Shown piece after piece: positions 46,644-60,800 of a stretch of 64,000 nt of DNA (the stretch's first letter is position 1; each line of letters starts with the position of its first letter). The position numbers and the translations under genes were made by a program. Source of the DNA: Tubulanus polymorphus (lineage: Eukaryota; Animalia; Nemertea); NCBI RefSeq assembly GCF_964204645.1, contig NC_134026.1, positions 28,864,150 through 28,928,149 on the forward strand. Reading direction: 5' to 3'. The notes below the pieces were generated by a model. It saw nothing but the letters and a program-made list of their open reading frames with translations, was not told the origin of the DNA and did not search any database.

Positions 46644-49600
46644 TAGTGAACGATCAATCAGATATACAATATGAAAACATTAATAACAGCGTGTTGAGTC
46701 CTCATATCATTGATTTCCCATTTAAGTTGAGCTTCAAATGTATCAAAATGCCACCAATATCAGTTCAGGATCAGTTTACGTTTTCACTGACTCTTTGTGA
46801 TCTATAGAGGATCGTGCAGGTTGATGATTGAGTAAAAATAGTAGTCAATGGTAATCCATGGAAAGAAAATACATGGCACTTAATGGTTAGTGGTTTGAAA
46901 CAGGAAGTTCCTTGCTGAAAAAAATCCGATAATAATAAAGTAGAAAGAATAACAGATTATAGAAAGCGTGTAAATATTATGGGTTGCTATGGATATTTCG
47001 GTCCATGTGTAATTTAAGGAACATTTTTCGATGGTGGTTGGGTGAAAAGCTTTATTGGTAATCGACGAAAAATTGTAAAAATACAGCAGTTAGTAATTAG
47101 TTGTTGGTACGGTACTTCAATACATAAAATACATGTATTTTATTGCCGATGTGAAGTGGACTGCATTTTAAAGTGGACTGTTTTTTTTTGTTTCGAGCAA
47201 TGAAATTCACAAAACCCCAACTAGCAGTTCTATCTTTCACACATGCGACATGAAGTCGAACGTGTTAAAAACAATGATTTACTTAAAATTGATTAATATC
47301 GAGCCGGTTTTTAGACCCCGGGGATCATTTACATTTATTACCATTCGAAGGATTTCAAACTGTATAGAAGTTATATAACCAGACTCCTGTATTGTATGCA
47401 TTGAGCTTTTTTGTGTCATGACTGCAAATGTTTGACTGTTTATTCTGATATTCTATGAAGTAAATGTGTCTATTCCATGCGCGTTTAATTCCGCTCAGGA
47501 TTATTGCCGCTCGGGATTTCGTTCGAAATTGTGTTCATACATCGAGAACAAAGCTTTAAGCACGCAAACGAGAAAAAATTGAACGTCGGAGAGTCGTATT
47601 TAAATGAAAATGATATATTCCGATGTATTTTTCAGGTCATGAAAGTACGAAGGAAGGTAAGAATTATTATTTTGTGTGAAGCCCATCCGATAGCGTTTTT
47701 ACTATAGTGAGGGACATTGTTTAATTTCGATCAACAACTCCGAATTTTCTTCAAGGTACAGAAGATGAAACATCTGCTGATCAACAGATTGAAAACAAAG
47801 GTAAAGATGATCGTGGAGTTAAATGGTGTATATATATATTTTGTGATAGATCGCACTAATTATGTCTATAGCAGCTAATCGGGTCGGGTGTTGTTGACAC
47901 ATGAAACATTTTGACAGTCTTCACAAAATCAACTTTCATAGCTCTGATGAATTTCTATTTTGTCACGATACCCCTTTTCTCCGCCACCACACCTGCATTG
48001 TATCTTGGTATCTTGCCATATATATAATACAATTAATCATGGACGACATGGTAATGTCATATCGTGCTATAAATAATTTATGAGGAGCTAAAAGTGGTCG
48101 CTAAAAATTTACCTAAAACAAATATACATATATATGTATGCTTATACATGATGAGACACAATATCAGACTTATAGTATTCAGATAATTAATACAAATATT
48201 TACAAATCTTCACTTTGTGTGCCGTTTAGAATATATTTCAAGTGGTTTCTCAAACACGAATTGACTCAGTTTTAGGTTATATAATTGGTTCATCATTCGC
48301 ATCACGTGTCATCAACGGTAAACCACCGTTACTTGCCCTGATACCGGTTCGATCGCAGAGCGTGCTTATCGTTGTGGACTATCACCCCAAAACATTTATA
48401 TCATGTTCAGTAAAGTGCCCTTTAAATCTATGTATTTGGCATTATGAGTAGCCTCTATGGCGGAATAGATTTTGCTCTATTGAATCATGGAATTTGTGAT
48501 TGAATGAAAATAGGCCGCGATAGATACACAAGTCGACGTGAATACCGAATGATGACATCAGCAATTGCCCCCACGGCGTAACTGTGGAAACAATGACCAA
48601 GCCTAAGACAATTCATGATCGGTCAATGGCTTGCCTTTATTTTGTATACTGCTATAGTTACGACACAATAAACCAAGCGACAAGAAACATCGAGCCGAGG
48701 CAGGTTGCCTTGGTATACCGGCACATAAAAAGAAATGCTAATACCAAATTTGTCATCACTGGCTTTGTTGCACAACCATGTATTAATAATTAGCCACTAG
48801 ACACAAAATTATTTAATGTTGGGGACTGTACATAAAGTATGTAAGCCTACTTTATGAATGGTCCATTAAAGGTGTTGCTTTTGGACAAATATCGAAATAG
48901 TTCGCTCCCTAGACTAGAAATGCTTTTGCTATATAGTTAGAGTGTGTACACTTGCTAGAGTTTCTAAAGGGAAATGAATTCTTAATCAAAATACACTTTT
49001 TGGAGTTTGTGCAATTCATAAAAGACTATTAAGTGAAACCCTAGCAAGCGGTTGTTTAACTGTTTGCTTTTTGTGATGCTAACGAATTAACAATTTTTCC
49101 CAGCACCAACACCTCCACCCCCAGCGTCTCATGAACACGATTCGGCTGATAGTCCACAACCTACCGACGACCAATTAACAAATACGACCCCGGCAACTAA
49201 AGAGGACGAGGGCGGAGATACCATAAACGAACAAGAAGAAGTTAACGAGAATTCGCCGTCCGCTGAAGAGGTCCCAGTTACCGAGGAAACTGTTCCTGAT
49301 CAGGAACCCGAGCAAACTGAGGATCACTCACAGGATGGTGACCATGTGGGCGATACGGCGGAATCAAGTGAGCAACAACAGATTTCAGAAACAGCCGAAT
49401 CGCCACCAGAAAATGAAGGTGACACATCTATCAGATCGTTTATTCGATTATTAACATTCTAACATCTCGTTTTGAAAATCTTTTGTACCAATTTTTCATA
49501 AAACCCATCAACAAAACACTAAACCTTTGAATATCACGCAATTTTTGTAACGTATATTCGTACATTTTTTTGTATTTTGTTGTCATTACATGTATATTTG

Positions 49601-50435
49601 TTTATATCTGATGTTTTGGAGTAGAATTAAATTTTCAATGTTGCTTCGATGTTGTACATGTATATACATACATATACGATTTTTGCAAAATCGTCAACCG
49701 ACGAAGATTGCCTGTCTAATGAAATCGCCATTATGTGTGACATAATGCAGTTAATTTTCGTATATATTTATGTATTGTATCCTGATGGAATTATGATAGG
49801 CTGTAACAGAACAGCATTTCACAACCAACTAGAAACCATAGATACGAATGAAATATTCATCTGCATAACACGATAAGTTCCGTCTGGAAATGGATCACAT
49901 AGTGCGAGTGATCTTTACGTGTAGAACTTCATTCGCATCAAATGCAATGATTCAGTTAGGTTTTTATCAGAATCGGTAAAAATGCTTTTTTCTCGGTTCT
50001 TTACGAAAGAAACCTGTAAGTATAGTGTGTGTTCCATATTCGTTATTAATCCGTAGCTATTTTTCCAGGCGAACCAAGTGGGGAAAATGCAGAAAGTGCG
50101 ACAGGTAAATATCTAATAACTTAGACAGATGTACATGTATATAAATCCTTAAGTAATATCTATTCCAATGAGCTAACTGGTTGATTTATTTTGACATTGC
50201 TCCTTTACAGAACCTAACGCTGAAGAAACTAAACCAACAGAAGGTATGTTGTGCGAAAATTCGTCAGGTTTTTTATAACCACTTATCATATCTCTAACTC
50301 GACAAAGATTGATTCGTTTGAATGTCAAGAATCAAAAATGAATAACGTCCTTTCTTCAGTCTCGCGTTAGAGAAATGCCAACCTTTGACATTATCCCTTG
50401 ATAACAATTTTATGAAATCTTTATTTCCAGATTAA
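45650..50435 (+). CDS. Uncharacterised acidic disordered protein (~201 aa) with an N-terminal MGCxxSK myristoylation/palmitoylation motif
   Basis: Exons 45650-45800, 47636-47656, 47756-47800, 49104-49418, 50069-50104, 50211-50243, 50431-50435; all GT-AG and all phase 1; sum 606 nt; open frame ending EETKPTED-stop. AATAAA signals near 51617 and 51645. Confidence 0.75.
46611..46643. repeat. (CAAT)8 microsatellite
   Basis: caatcaatca.. run. Confidence 0.9.
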
Positions 50436-52612
50436 ATGGACGCATATACTATATGTACATCTAATTTCGAGACGCTCAAAAATCATATAAAGAATTCCTT
50501 CATATAAATTGTATTTAGAAAAATTCTTAGAGTTGGTGCTGATTAGATGTGCACTATATGTTTCTGTACATGAACTCGCTAAAACTTTTGTATAAAACTA
50601 ATACAGTTAATCTGCAAAATTGTCATGATTAAAAAAAGTGGGAAAAATGTCCAGTTTTTAACCGAGTTCCAAATATATTCCTTATGTATTCCATATGTAT
50701 ATACGCTTCATAATGAAACACAGAAATAGTTTTTTAGTTGATAATACTGCTGAATACGTGGACCATTTATGGCATTACGTGTACATAATGCTTTGATTGT
50801 ACTTTTGGCGATCCCTTACACGGTGGATTAATCAGCGTGTTCTACTTAATTTACATCAATAGATACTCCATCTCTGAGTCGAATTTAGCCTCAAAGAACG
50901 TGCCTTATTTTACTCAATCCTTTAGTTGTTGGATAATTGTTACTTGTAATTTAAAGATTTTAATTTTCTTTTGTCACACAAACAACGCGTTTTTTGTCTT
51001 GAGTAAAAAAATCTTATAATCTGTTATTATTATTCTTAATCACTATAGGTTGTAGTTCAATGTATATATCCTGTACATGTATATCGTTGTTTTGATGGTT
51101 CCCACTTCAGAATTTATGGTACAATGTTTTAGGAACACTTGCAAGTCAAAGCATTCTGTGATAAATGCCTATGTTTTGTTTGATATTCACTTTTCGTTAA
51201 CGGCATCCACACTGTTGATCATCTATCTTTAGAAAACCACAAATGTATAAGTCAACATCTTCTTGCATTTTTAAAGAAAGTAATTCTTTGAATTGGATGC
51301 ATCGCAGTCTTAATCTATGATTGTTCTTCATGTTGTAATCTAAAAGGTCTGCAGTGTGTGTACATTTTGTAGAACCGCCGCCATGACATCATTCAAATCC
51401 ATATTTTCTAATTCCTTTTTTTACATCTAACAATTTTGATTACTTGTTATAGATTTGAAATTCGAAATAGATGTAGACGTGTTAATCGCATCTATGTCAG
51501 AAAATCCTCTCCGTCAGAAGAAAAGTTCTCTTCGTAATGCATATCTATATCCGTCCATTTTATTCAAATTAGCAATTCAAAATATACACCATATTGTACA
51601 GGTAAACTTCTAATGAAATAAATATATATGATGAATTTGTTTATCAATAAAACATTTTGTTAATGTATACATCGAAAAGGGTTTTACGTCCATTGGATTG
51701 TAGGAAGCTTAAGCAAAAGTATAAAAAGTATAAGCGCTTTTGGTGCGGAAAAAGTGGCACTTTCTAATGAATTGCGCCAAGACAGACATCTCATAACTAC
51801 TCAATTCGTCCAAGCCATCACAATAACCCTCATGGACAGACCCCCGTGATATCTTCTTCAACCAGAACCAAAGGTCGCATGAAATAGATTGGAATCATTT
51901 CAATAGTGGCTTTAAAGTTGAAATAATTCCATTAAATAAAGCATTAATAGCGTTGATGGAGAATACGGTCATGTTTCGCAAAATATATGCCGGGTCATGA
52001 AGAAATCAATGTTGACCATGCTAATACAATAATGAATAATTTATTCTGTGCATGGATGCTAATAAGAAAGGAGTTTTCGCTATAAAATAGAGTTACCTGA
52101 ACCGTTTGAAATTTAGGACGGGTTCATATCATGGTTAATTAATAAGGAAATTTATATTAAGTTGGAAAGTGTGCTATTCTAGTTCACAGAAATTCCGCTA
52201 TCGTTATCAATAGCGGCAGCACTAAACGGTTGAGATCTAATACAGCCTTGCAATCCTACTGTGGCATGTAAGGAATACAGATATTTTTCTGTCAAATTCT
52301 ATTCATCACTCCACACTATTCGTTTTAAATGAACAATAATTGTATCAGCGCGAAAAGTTTTTTTTTCATGTGGATCTGCTTGTTAAAAATATATTTTCAA
52401 GCCACTTTTAAAAGAACCCTAGTCTATATGAAAGCCAACGATGTCCTCCACAGCCATGGCCCAAAAATAGATTAATATAAAATGTAACTAAGTGCATATT
52501 TTTTATACTTAAGCATGATTTATTAAGAAAACTACATGTTATTATGTGAGCACATTTATTAAGAAAACCCTTCACCGATGAGCGCTTATCACAGGACTGA
52601 TTTCACAGATAG

Positions 52613-53574
52613 TCACTGGTTATCAACATCGCCAACAATAGCTATTGCTTCTATTTCAACACGCCCGAGCTGAAAAAAAAAATTGCATCCATATGTAAAT
52701 GAAAATGTCTACAATGATTCAGAAAGAAGATCAAAATAACGAAAAGAATGCCAAAATTTACCTTGGGTAAATTAGCAACCTGATAAGCAGCTCTGGCTGG
52801 ATAGGGGGCTTTGAAAACTGCAGAAGAATATCGTGTGAAAAACTTTTATCTTAATCTACACATGATTCAATCATCATTAATAATAATATATCAATAAGTT
52901 TCACTTACATGTAGCATACACATCATTCACTTTTTTGAAGTCATTTATGTCAGCCAGTAGTACAGTACACTTCACAACTAATTAAAATATAATTCATATA
53001 AATCAGAATGAAGTGAGCTTTAACTCTTTGTCATATAATAGAAATTCCAAAAATTCACACTAATCTAATAATCACCTTTAGAAAAATCTGAGCCTGCAGC
53101 TTCCAGAATATGACCCATGTTGGTCAGGGCTTGTTTGGCCTGTTCATCAACATTTTCACTTACAAAATCTGATGTTTCGGCACTCAGACCCAACTGTCCT
53201 GATATGTATAATGTTTTGTTTACCTGGACAGCTTGACTGAAATTATAAAATGAACATTAACAACATAGGAAGAAATTTACGAATAGAATTAAAATATATA
53301 CATGCACATAATCTCAGGCCACATTTTAAGATATTGAAGTCCTTCAGTTATCAAGAAAGAGCAGAGTCCGAAGTGCATAACAATGTATATACAATAATCA
53401 GTGATAATGAGAGGCAACCTGGCAAGTGAGGATGGGTTATTGATTGTACCTGTAAGGCCCTACAGCAGCTGCTGCTTTTGATGTATTTATCGTTTTTCTT
53501 AAAACGATATGACGTGGCTTGATGACAGAATCAGAAGTTAGTCGGCTGGTAGAAACACCAAAAGACCGAATCAT
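52613..53574 (-). CDS. RIDA: RidA/UK114 2-iminobutanoate/2-iminopropanoate deaminase; start tentative
   Basis: AAVGPYSQAV..TLYISGQLGL..EQAKQALTNMGHILEAAG..VVKCTVLLADINDF..VNDVYATFF..YPARAAYQVANLPKLGRVEIEAIA over five exons. The catalytic Arg (PARA) is retained. Confidence 0.93.
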
Positions 53575-54183
53575 CCACTGCCATGTCAAACTGAAGAAAT
53601 GGATGGAAGGCATACATTCATGATGCATTATTCCGGTTCCTCCCTCTACTCACCAGGCTGCCCTCAACTGAGATATGTAAAATATGATTGGACGGCATTT
53701 GTAATTGAAAAGCAAAAAATACTTTTGGCTTAGCCATGGAACAATAAAATATGTTTTTGATTGAACTTGATTCTCTTCCACTACGGCCGTGAAACTCTCG
53801 ACAAAACATTTATATAGATTACCTGTATGGTCCAATGGCTTTTGGTGCTTTCGGCGAGTTAATTACTTTTCTGATGATAGATGACATGTTGATACGGTTG
53901 GCGTAAACTCAACAAAAATCGAAGTCTTCGAGCTGCTGATTTTCGTGTGGGCGTTCTCTGTTTCGTGACGCGCAAGAATCTAATGGGATTCGAACCCGAT
54001 GCTTTTGAGCAGTTCAATACAAACCAACTAAAAGTCCGATGACCGCAGATTAGTGAATCAAAATTCGGGCTTTGCAGACTGACATCTACTGACAGTAATC
54101 AATTCAATTCAGTCATTGATTGGTTTAATTGCGTCGAGTGAAATCAGCGGATCGATCTTCCTTAAATACGTCGAAATCTGATA

Positions 54184-56459
54184 ATGGGTTGTGATGGTGG
54201 TACTATTCCTACCCGGGATGAACTCGTGAAAACAAAGAAAAAACCAGAAAAGGTAAAAATATAGAAATCCCGACTGTCTCAGGTTCATCAATTCTGAAAT
54301 TGTTGAACAAATTCCTAAAATTTAGTCTTATAAACTAAAGTTTTTTTTTCTTTGTGGATATTTTTTCAGAGAGATAAGGATGCAGATTTAGCAGCAACAT
54401 GGCAAATGTGTGCTTTATTACAGACACCATTAGAACGGCCAATTGTAGCTTGTCAGTTAGGCAGGTTGGTGACACTACAAAATCAATTAACCTTGAATGA
54501 CTAATTACATTAAATTCAGGATGGTGCCAAACTGTTCATTACTGTTCATTCTCTGTAGTGATGTATTTCAGGTTGTATAACAAAGAAAGTGTGATCGAAT
54601 TTCTACTTGAACGCGAGAAATTTGATGAGGAAAAATCAATCAAATTCAATCACATCAAAGCGTTAAAGGTAGAGATAGGAATTATCTAAATGCAACTCTA
54701 TAAATAATTTAATCTTTTAGTAATGAATAAATATACCAATTATTTTTAATGAAATATTACTAAGTGAGAGAGCTTTTTATGGAAACCCTGTCACCTAACC
54801 AATACTAATCAACAAACGAGCCGGACACCAATAGGCCGCCACCAGGCCTCCTTCCATCCGTGAATTTGATGATGATGATGATCTATCTATTTGTTGTACC
54901 TATCTATTGATTGAATTATGTTTTATCCTAAATTGCTTAAATTTCTTACAGGATGTAAAACAGTTGAATTTGACGGACAACCCGGCATATACGAGTGAAT
55001 CATTAACCGGAGATGCTTATGCCGATAGATGTATGTCAAAGTTTATCTGCCCCGTTACTGGGCTAGAAATGAGTGGAAGATTTCGGTAATTCAGTTCGTT
55101 AAAAACATTTAAGGCGTTTTTGCCGACGGTGCATTTTATAACTTTTGAATATTCAATTCATTTCAGGTTTTGTTATATATGGAGCTGCGGTTGTGTAGTG
55201 TCTGAAAGAGCGCTGAAAGAAGTGAAATCTGTAATTTGTCATAAGGTAAATACAATCAAACTCATTGGATAAGTATTCCATATTTCTTAGTCCTTATTTG
55301 TATATCCAATAAATTAAATGGTTGTCATCATTTGGATAAGTCCAGTGTTCTCCACTATAGGTTTTAGAGTTTCATTTTTACATCCACCCCTCTGAATATC
55401 AGTGACCCCTTAGGCTAAACAAAAATGATAACTTGTTTCTCCGCAGCGGCCGGGTCATTTTTATAAAATATGATAAAATTTGTAAACAGTTCATTTCTAT
55501 AGCGGCCGGGTCTGTTATGGTAAAATTGATCACGATTTTTAAAAAAGTAATGTATAGGGTAGATAGGCGGCCGGCCGGGTCAACTTTTAAGCTCAGCAGA
55601 GTGGAGAAACAAGGTATCAATTTTTTTTAGCCTTAATATCTGCTGCACCTACCAGAGTGGATGACGTCGACGTTCAATCAATCTGTAGTTTTACTTTTTA
55701 TGAAATAGAAAATTCAAGTTGTGTTAAGAACCAGTTGTTATCAATGTGTGCATTTATTCTATTAAAGTGCGGTTTACCCTATGAGGAAGATGATGTTATT
55801 TTATTGAATGGAAATCATGACGAGGTCGATGTTTTATGGGTTAAAATGGAATCCAGAAAACAGAAATTACGCGCTGAAAAGGTAAAATTCATTACACCCT
55901 CTGTCAACATCATTGCTTTACAGATTACAATAAATATGAGGCAAATATTGTATGTGAGTTCGTTATAACGAGGTTCCACTGTAGTACTTCATAGTTTAAC
56001 TAGTATATTAGACGCAAGACCTTCAGCTACTAGAGTATGGTAGCTTAATCGGGTGAATGAGTGAATGATTGATTACAATGTTTATTTGTTTTTATAGAAA
56101 GCAAAGAAAAAGAAACTGGATTCAACAGCAACATCAGGTAGAAATCTAGCATCGCTTTGAAATAAACATTAATATAAGTTATATAGTTTTTGACGTGATA
56201 ATTTTCACTGATTTCAGCTGGTGAAGCAGCATCGAGTAGTAAACAGCCACGACTCGACACTAATGGCATCTCGTTGACTAAATCTAAAAATGGCGGAGGA
56301 AAGACTAAAAGCAAAACTGATAAGGATTCGGATAAAAAGAAAAGTATTCAACATGATCCAACTGCCAGTAAAGTTTATAAATCTTTGTTTACTACATGTG
56401 ACAAGGCTAAGAATCAACAGAAAGCTCATTGGGTGACATTTAATCCTCAATATAACTAA
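54184..56459 (+). CDS. RTF2: Replication termination factor 2 (RTF2/C20orf43), 8 exons
   Basis: MGCDGGTIPTRDELVKTKKKPEK, PIVACQLGRLYNKESVIEFLL, HIKALKDV, FICPVTGLEMSGRFRF..CGCVVSERALKEV..CHKCG, SKVYKSLFT..AHWVTFNP. Confidence 0.95.
55413..55632 (+). mobile_element. 220-bp PIF/Harbinger MITE, copy 4 (RTF2 intron)
   Basis: Same TIRs; TTA target duplication. Confidence 0.92.
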
Positions 56460-56730
56460 CACTTCTGATTATATCATGTATTCCATTTGTAAATAGTGTA
56501 CTCATATATATTAATGTATCATTGAATTGCTGAATAAAGATTGTCTTCATATGTGAGTTTCATTCGTTTGAGTTGCAAATTCCTCAAGAGGGATTAAACA
56601 TTTTACATTCAAAAATTATTCTTGTGTCTATTAATTTAAGTATGCATCCATGCATGGAGGACTCGCCATGTTTATAATGCGTGGAGGGTTTAAAAATCTG
56701 CAGAATATTATGATCATTCCCTCGGCTTAA

Positions 56731-56950
56731 GGCTAAAAAAAATTGATACCTTGTTTCTCCGCTCTGCTGAGCATAAAACTTGACCCAGCCAGCCGCCTAT
56801 CTACCCTGTGCATTACTTTTTTTAAAATCGTGATCAATTTTTACCATAACAGACCCGGCCGCTATTGAAATGAACTGTTTACAAATTTATCATATTATAC
56901 AAAAATGACCCGGCTGCTGCGGAGAAACAAGGTATCATTTTTGTTTAGCC
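56731..56950 (-). mobile_element. 220-bp PIF/Harbinger MITE, copy 5 (between the 3' ends of RTF2 and NIPAL)
   Basis: Same TIRs; TAA target duplication. Confidence 0.92.
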
Positions 56951-57835
56951 TAAGTTCCCCTGGTTAATATTTCTGACACTACTAGGGCCTTTGAAGTAGC
57001 TGTCAGTTAAGTCCTCTTAATTGACCAGCTGAAGAACACAAAAAAATACTTCTCATTCAACTGACAGTTTTGGGGATCTTCAACACGATAAAGGAAGGAA
57101 CTCGATCAGAAGAAAGAACCAAACAATTTTCATCAGATCTTTTTTTATTGGACTGACACTACCATAGATACACAAATACATTCGCACAAATATTTACATA
57201 TATCTAAATCAGATATGTTACCGGTAGTTATAAAAACAATCATCATCTATTCGTTCATTTGTATATAAATCTCGTAGGTACATGAACCAGGTAAATAAAT
57301 AATACATCACAGCAAAGTACTAAACACTTTAAAACATATGTGTATAATATAATAATAAAAAAGTTAACAAATATGAAAATACAAAATGGAATCAAATATA
57401 ACAAGTACATGGAGCGCGTTAAAAAAATGTAGACTACCAATATCAAATGGAAAGATGCAATAATACATTACAAGATACAAACACTGGGTAAATTAATTAT
57501 GACATATTGTTCATATAATAAGTTTCATATTTTCTAAAACGTTCTATCATATACAGTAGACCCCTATAGTAGTAGTGAATTTTACTCAAAATTATTTTTC
57601 CGAAAAACTAATTTTTCCCGATTTTTTCATCTCAGTGAAATATTCACGGTCCCGATGCTACAGAATTTAGTGTTAACTAACTTAACTAGCAACTTACATT
57701 TCATGAATACAACACAAATATTCTACACCGATTTTGTGTATATGTCTTCTCTGGTAAAAACACGTAATAGAACCACCGATACATACAGTATGTAAATAAT
57801 TTCATCCATTACATTAATACTAACAACATGCTGAA

Positions 57836-60800
57836 CTATTCATCAGAACTTGTTGAATCATTTGCACCATATCTGTGAATAATGATTTTATCTCCATCTG
57901 CCGAAACACGACTGCCTCGTTTCGATTGAGGAGCTGGAGGTTGTAAAATCTCATCATCCGAATCATCGGCTAATATCGGATGTCGACCAGTTCCCGATAA
58001 TGTATTCACCGGCTGAACGGGTGCTTTATTTACACTAGTCAACAACCAAGCTGCAATATTAATACCAGCATGTTTAAATGGTTCGGTTTTACACCTTCAA
58101 AATTATCTACTATGACTTAATTATCAGTAAGATACACTGGAATTTTAGATCATTCTGTAGGTCAATTAGGTGGATTAGGAATTGAATAGGCTGCACTAGC
58201 CGCGCTGTCTTTGCCAAGCTGACTGAATGAAACCGCTGGTATTGCTGCCTTCAAGTGTCTCCACTTACTTGAAGTGAAGCAATGACGAATATCATGGGTG
58301 GACTGGTCAAGAAGTTTGAACGATTTACCTTGTCCTGAACTGGGAGGAAAAAGTGGGCTTCGACAAGGTAACTAGTTCGAAACAGTTAAGAGGTTAGGCC
58401 TAGACTTTGAAACAAAAATTATGCGAGACTTACTTGGTGAAGAATCTGCCAATATTTTCTGAGTGGCGACTCCAATATCAGGAATGTCATCACCATGGCG
58501 ACCAGCAGTTATAAAATGTACACCAATGAAGCACATTAGACACCTTTTGAAAAAAGAGATGATAGAATTTCACGTGTACCGCATGTATCTAAATGCAATA
58601 TTCATACTAGTAGGTAAATGTACAACTTACCCAAATAAAAACATGAAAATATCAATTCCACTGAGACCCCAGAACTCTCGGTAAAAAATAATACCTTTAA
58701 ATATAATATTAGATATCAAAACCCAATGTTAATAATACAAATCACCAGAGGAGCCAAAAATAAAAAGGGCTTTTTAACTATGAAGAATGTTTTCAAATAT
58801 AACTAACCTGCCACAATAGCACTAATTGTAAAAAATACAAAATGAGTTGGAACGACAACTGTGGAAGCAAAACTTTTCATTGCTTGATTGAGATACCTAG
58901 AAAATGATTACAATTAATATCTAAGCAAACTTAATTCTCTCCATAACAACAATACAGTAAGTAAGGTCAACATATCAACTTACTTCAGTTGTATCAGTGC
59001 TGTTAGTATCATTATAACAAAAGCTACATATATAACGGGACTTTTCATCTGATTATGTCCAGCTAATGTTAACTGTAATAAACTCGAAGAAGCTTTAGCT
59101 GAGATGACTGTGAATGATGCTGGAAAACAAAACACGTTTATAAGTAATATCTGTTACTTTAAATCCAAGAAAGTTCGAAAATTTGATGAAAAAATCTTAC
59201 CAAATAAACAGCAAATGAGTAGATATACAAGGACATTCTCTACTTTAAATTTATACATCAGTAAAAATAGTAAAATCAATACGGCAATCTCCATACACTG
59301 TAACACAGAGAAACAATTTTCAAGATGTTTCTTTTTTAAAATTCAATGCGATGCAAAAAATTCATGAGTCCAATTTACCAAATACGTGATGAAAGGCACT
59401 CTTGTTAATGCATCTATGATTTCAGAAGAGTCAAAAACCCTATCTTTCTAAGAATAAAATACAAACAAACATGTACATTAAATTCAAAACCGACTACCTG
59501 CATTTGGAAAGACTAATGAATTATCAACATACTTTGGAGGAAAACGCAACAACAAGAAATGCTCCCAGAATCGCTAAACCACAGCCTGAAATAATAACAC
59601 ATGGTTGACATAAATAGACACATATATCGTTAACTACCATATTATACTGTACTATTATGGAGAAAATTTACCAAATAAATCTTCTGGTCTGATTTTTTCT
59701 TTCAAAAATATTGCAGCCAAAAACATATTAGCTGAAAGGATAATGCGTATCATAAATATCACAATAATGCAACTAACATTGAATAAATAATGAGGACAGT
59801 CAATAAAATGAGTAGGGTGGCCACTTTTCCCCCATTTGAAAATTCCCTGAGTTTTGCCATGTTATAACAGGATATTCCCAGAGCAAATTTGCGAAGGGTG
59901 AATCAGAATTTTCTTGGTTTAAAATAGTACAATTGATTGATTTTTGATGACGAAACACTTGGACGATAGGCTACACCAGTATCCAAATTTCCTGAGTTTT
60001 CCAGCTTTTTGGCAAAATGTCCATGTTTTTCAGGTGGCCACCCTGCTGAGTACAAAATACACGTAAGCATCTTTTCTCACATTATTAACTTACCTATGAC
60101 AGTGACGGTACCGAGAGGTGCGACTAGTGACGCAGGAGCGAAGCCATACGCAGAAAAGTTACCTAATTCACCTAATACCATCAATAACAAGCCTAACCAC
60201 CAGAATGGGTCTCGTGTATAATGCTTCTGGTCTTTGATATCTTTTTTCTCATTTTTGCTGTGGGAATACTTCTAAGAAGGGAAACGGTATAAAAGATGAA
60301 TCACAAAACACCTCAATAAAAATGTTTTAATTTGGCATGATTTATAAGAAGGCTGTTACAATGCCGAAAAGAACACGATGTCTTATTCACTCAGACGCAT
60401 AGACGTTTTAATGTTGCCATGGTAATGAGACTCAAAGAGGTTTTACCGCCATTCAGCGAAAACAAGAGACAAGCGTTAAATGGTTATAACCGAGTTATAA
60501 TACAATCAATACCGGTATATACCCCATTGATCAATATACACACTCTCCTGACATCAGCTAATCATTGAGAAATACCAGACAATTGCCATTTACATCTAAA
60601 ATACATTACTCTTGTTGCAACCAATAAAGCCTTACAAATATTATGATCTCGATGAATATTTGCTCAAGTAATTTGAGATTGCAATAAACCTCATAAATAA
60701 TGACAAAAAGATGTAACTCATCTTTTACTACAAGACTAATATAATCATTCGGGAAAAAAAGTTCAATTTGATGAAAATTCAGTCGTAAGAAGTTTACAAC

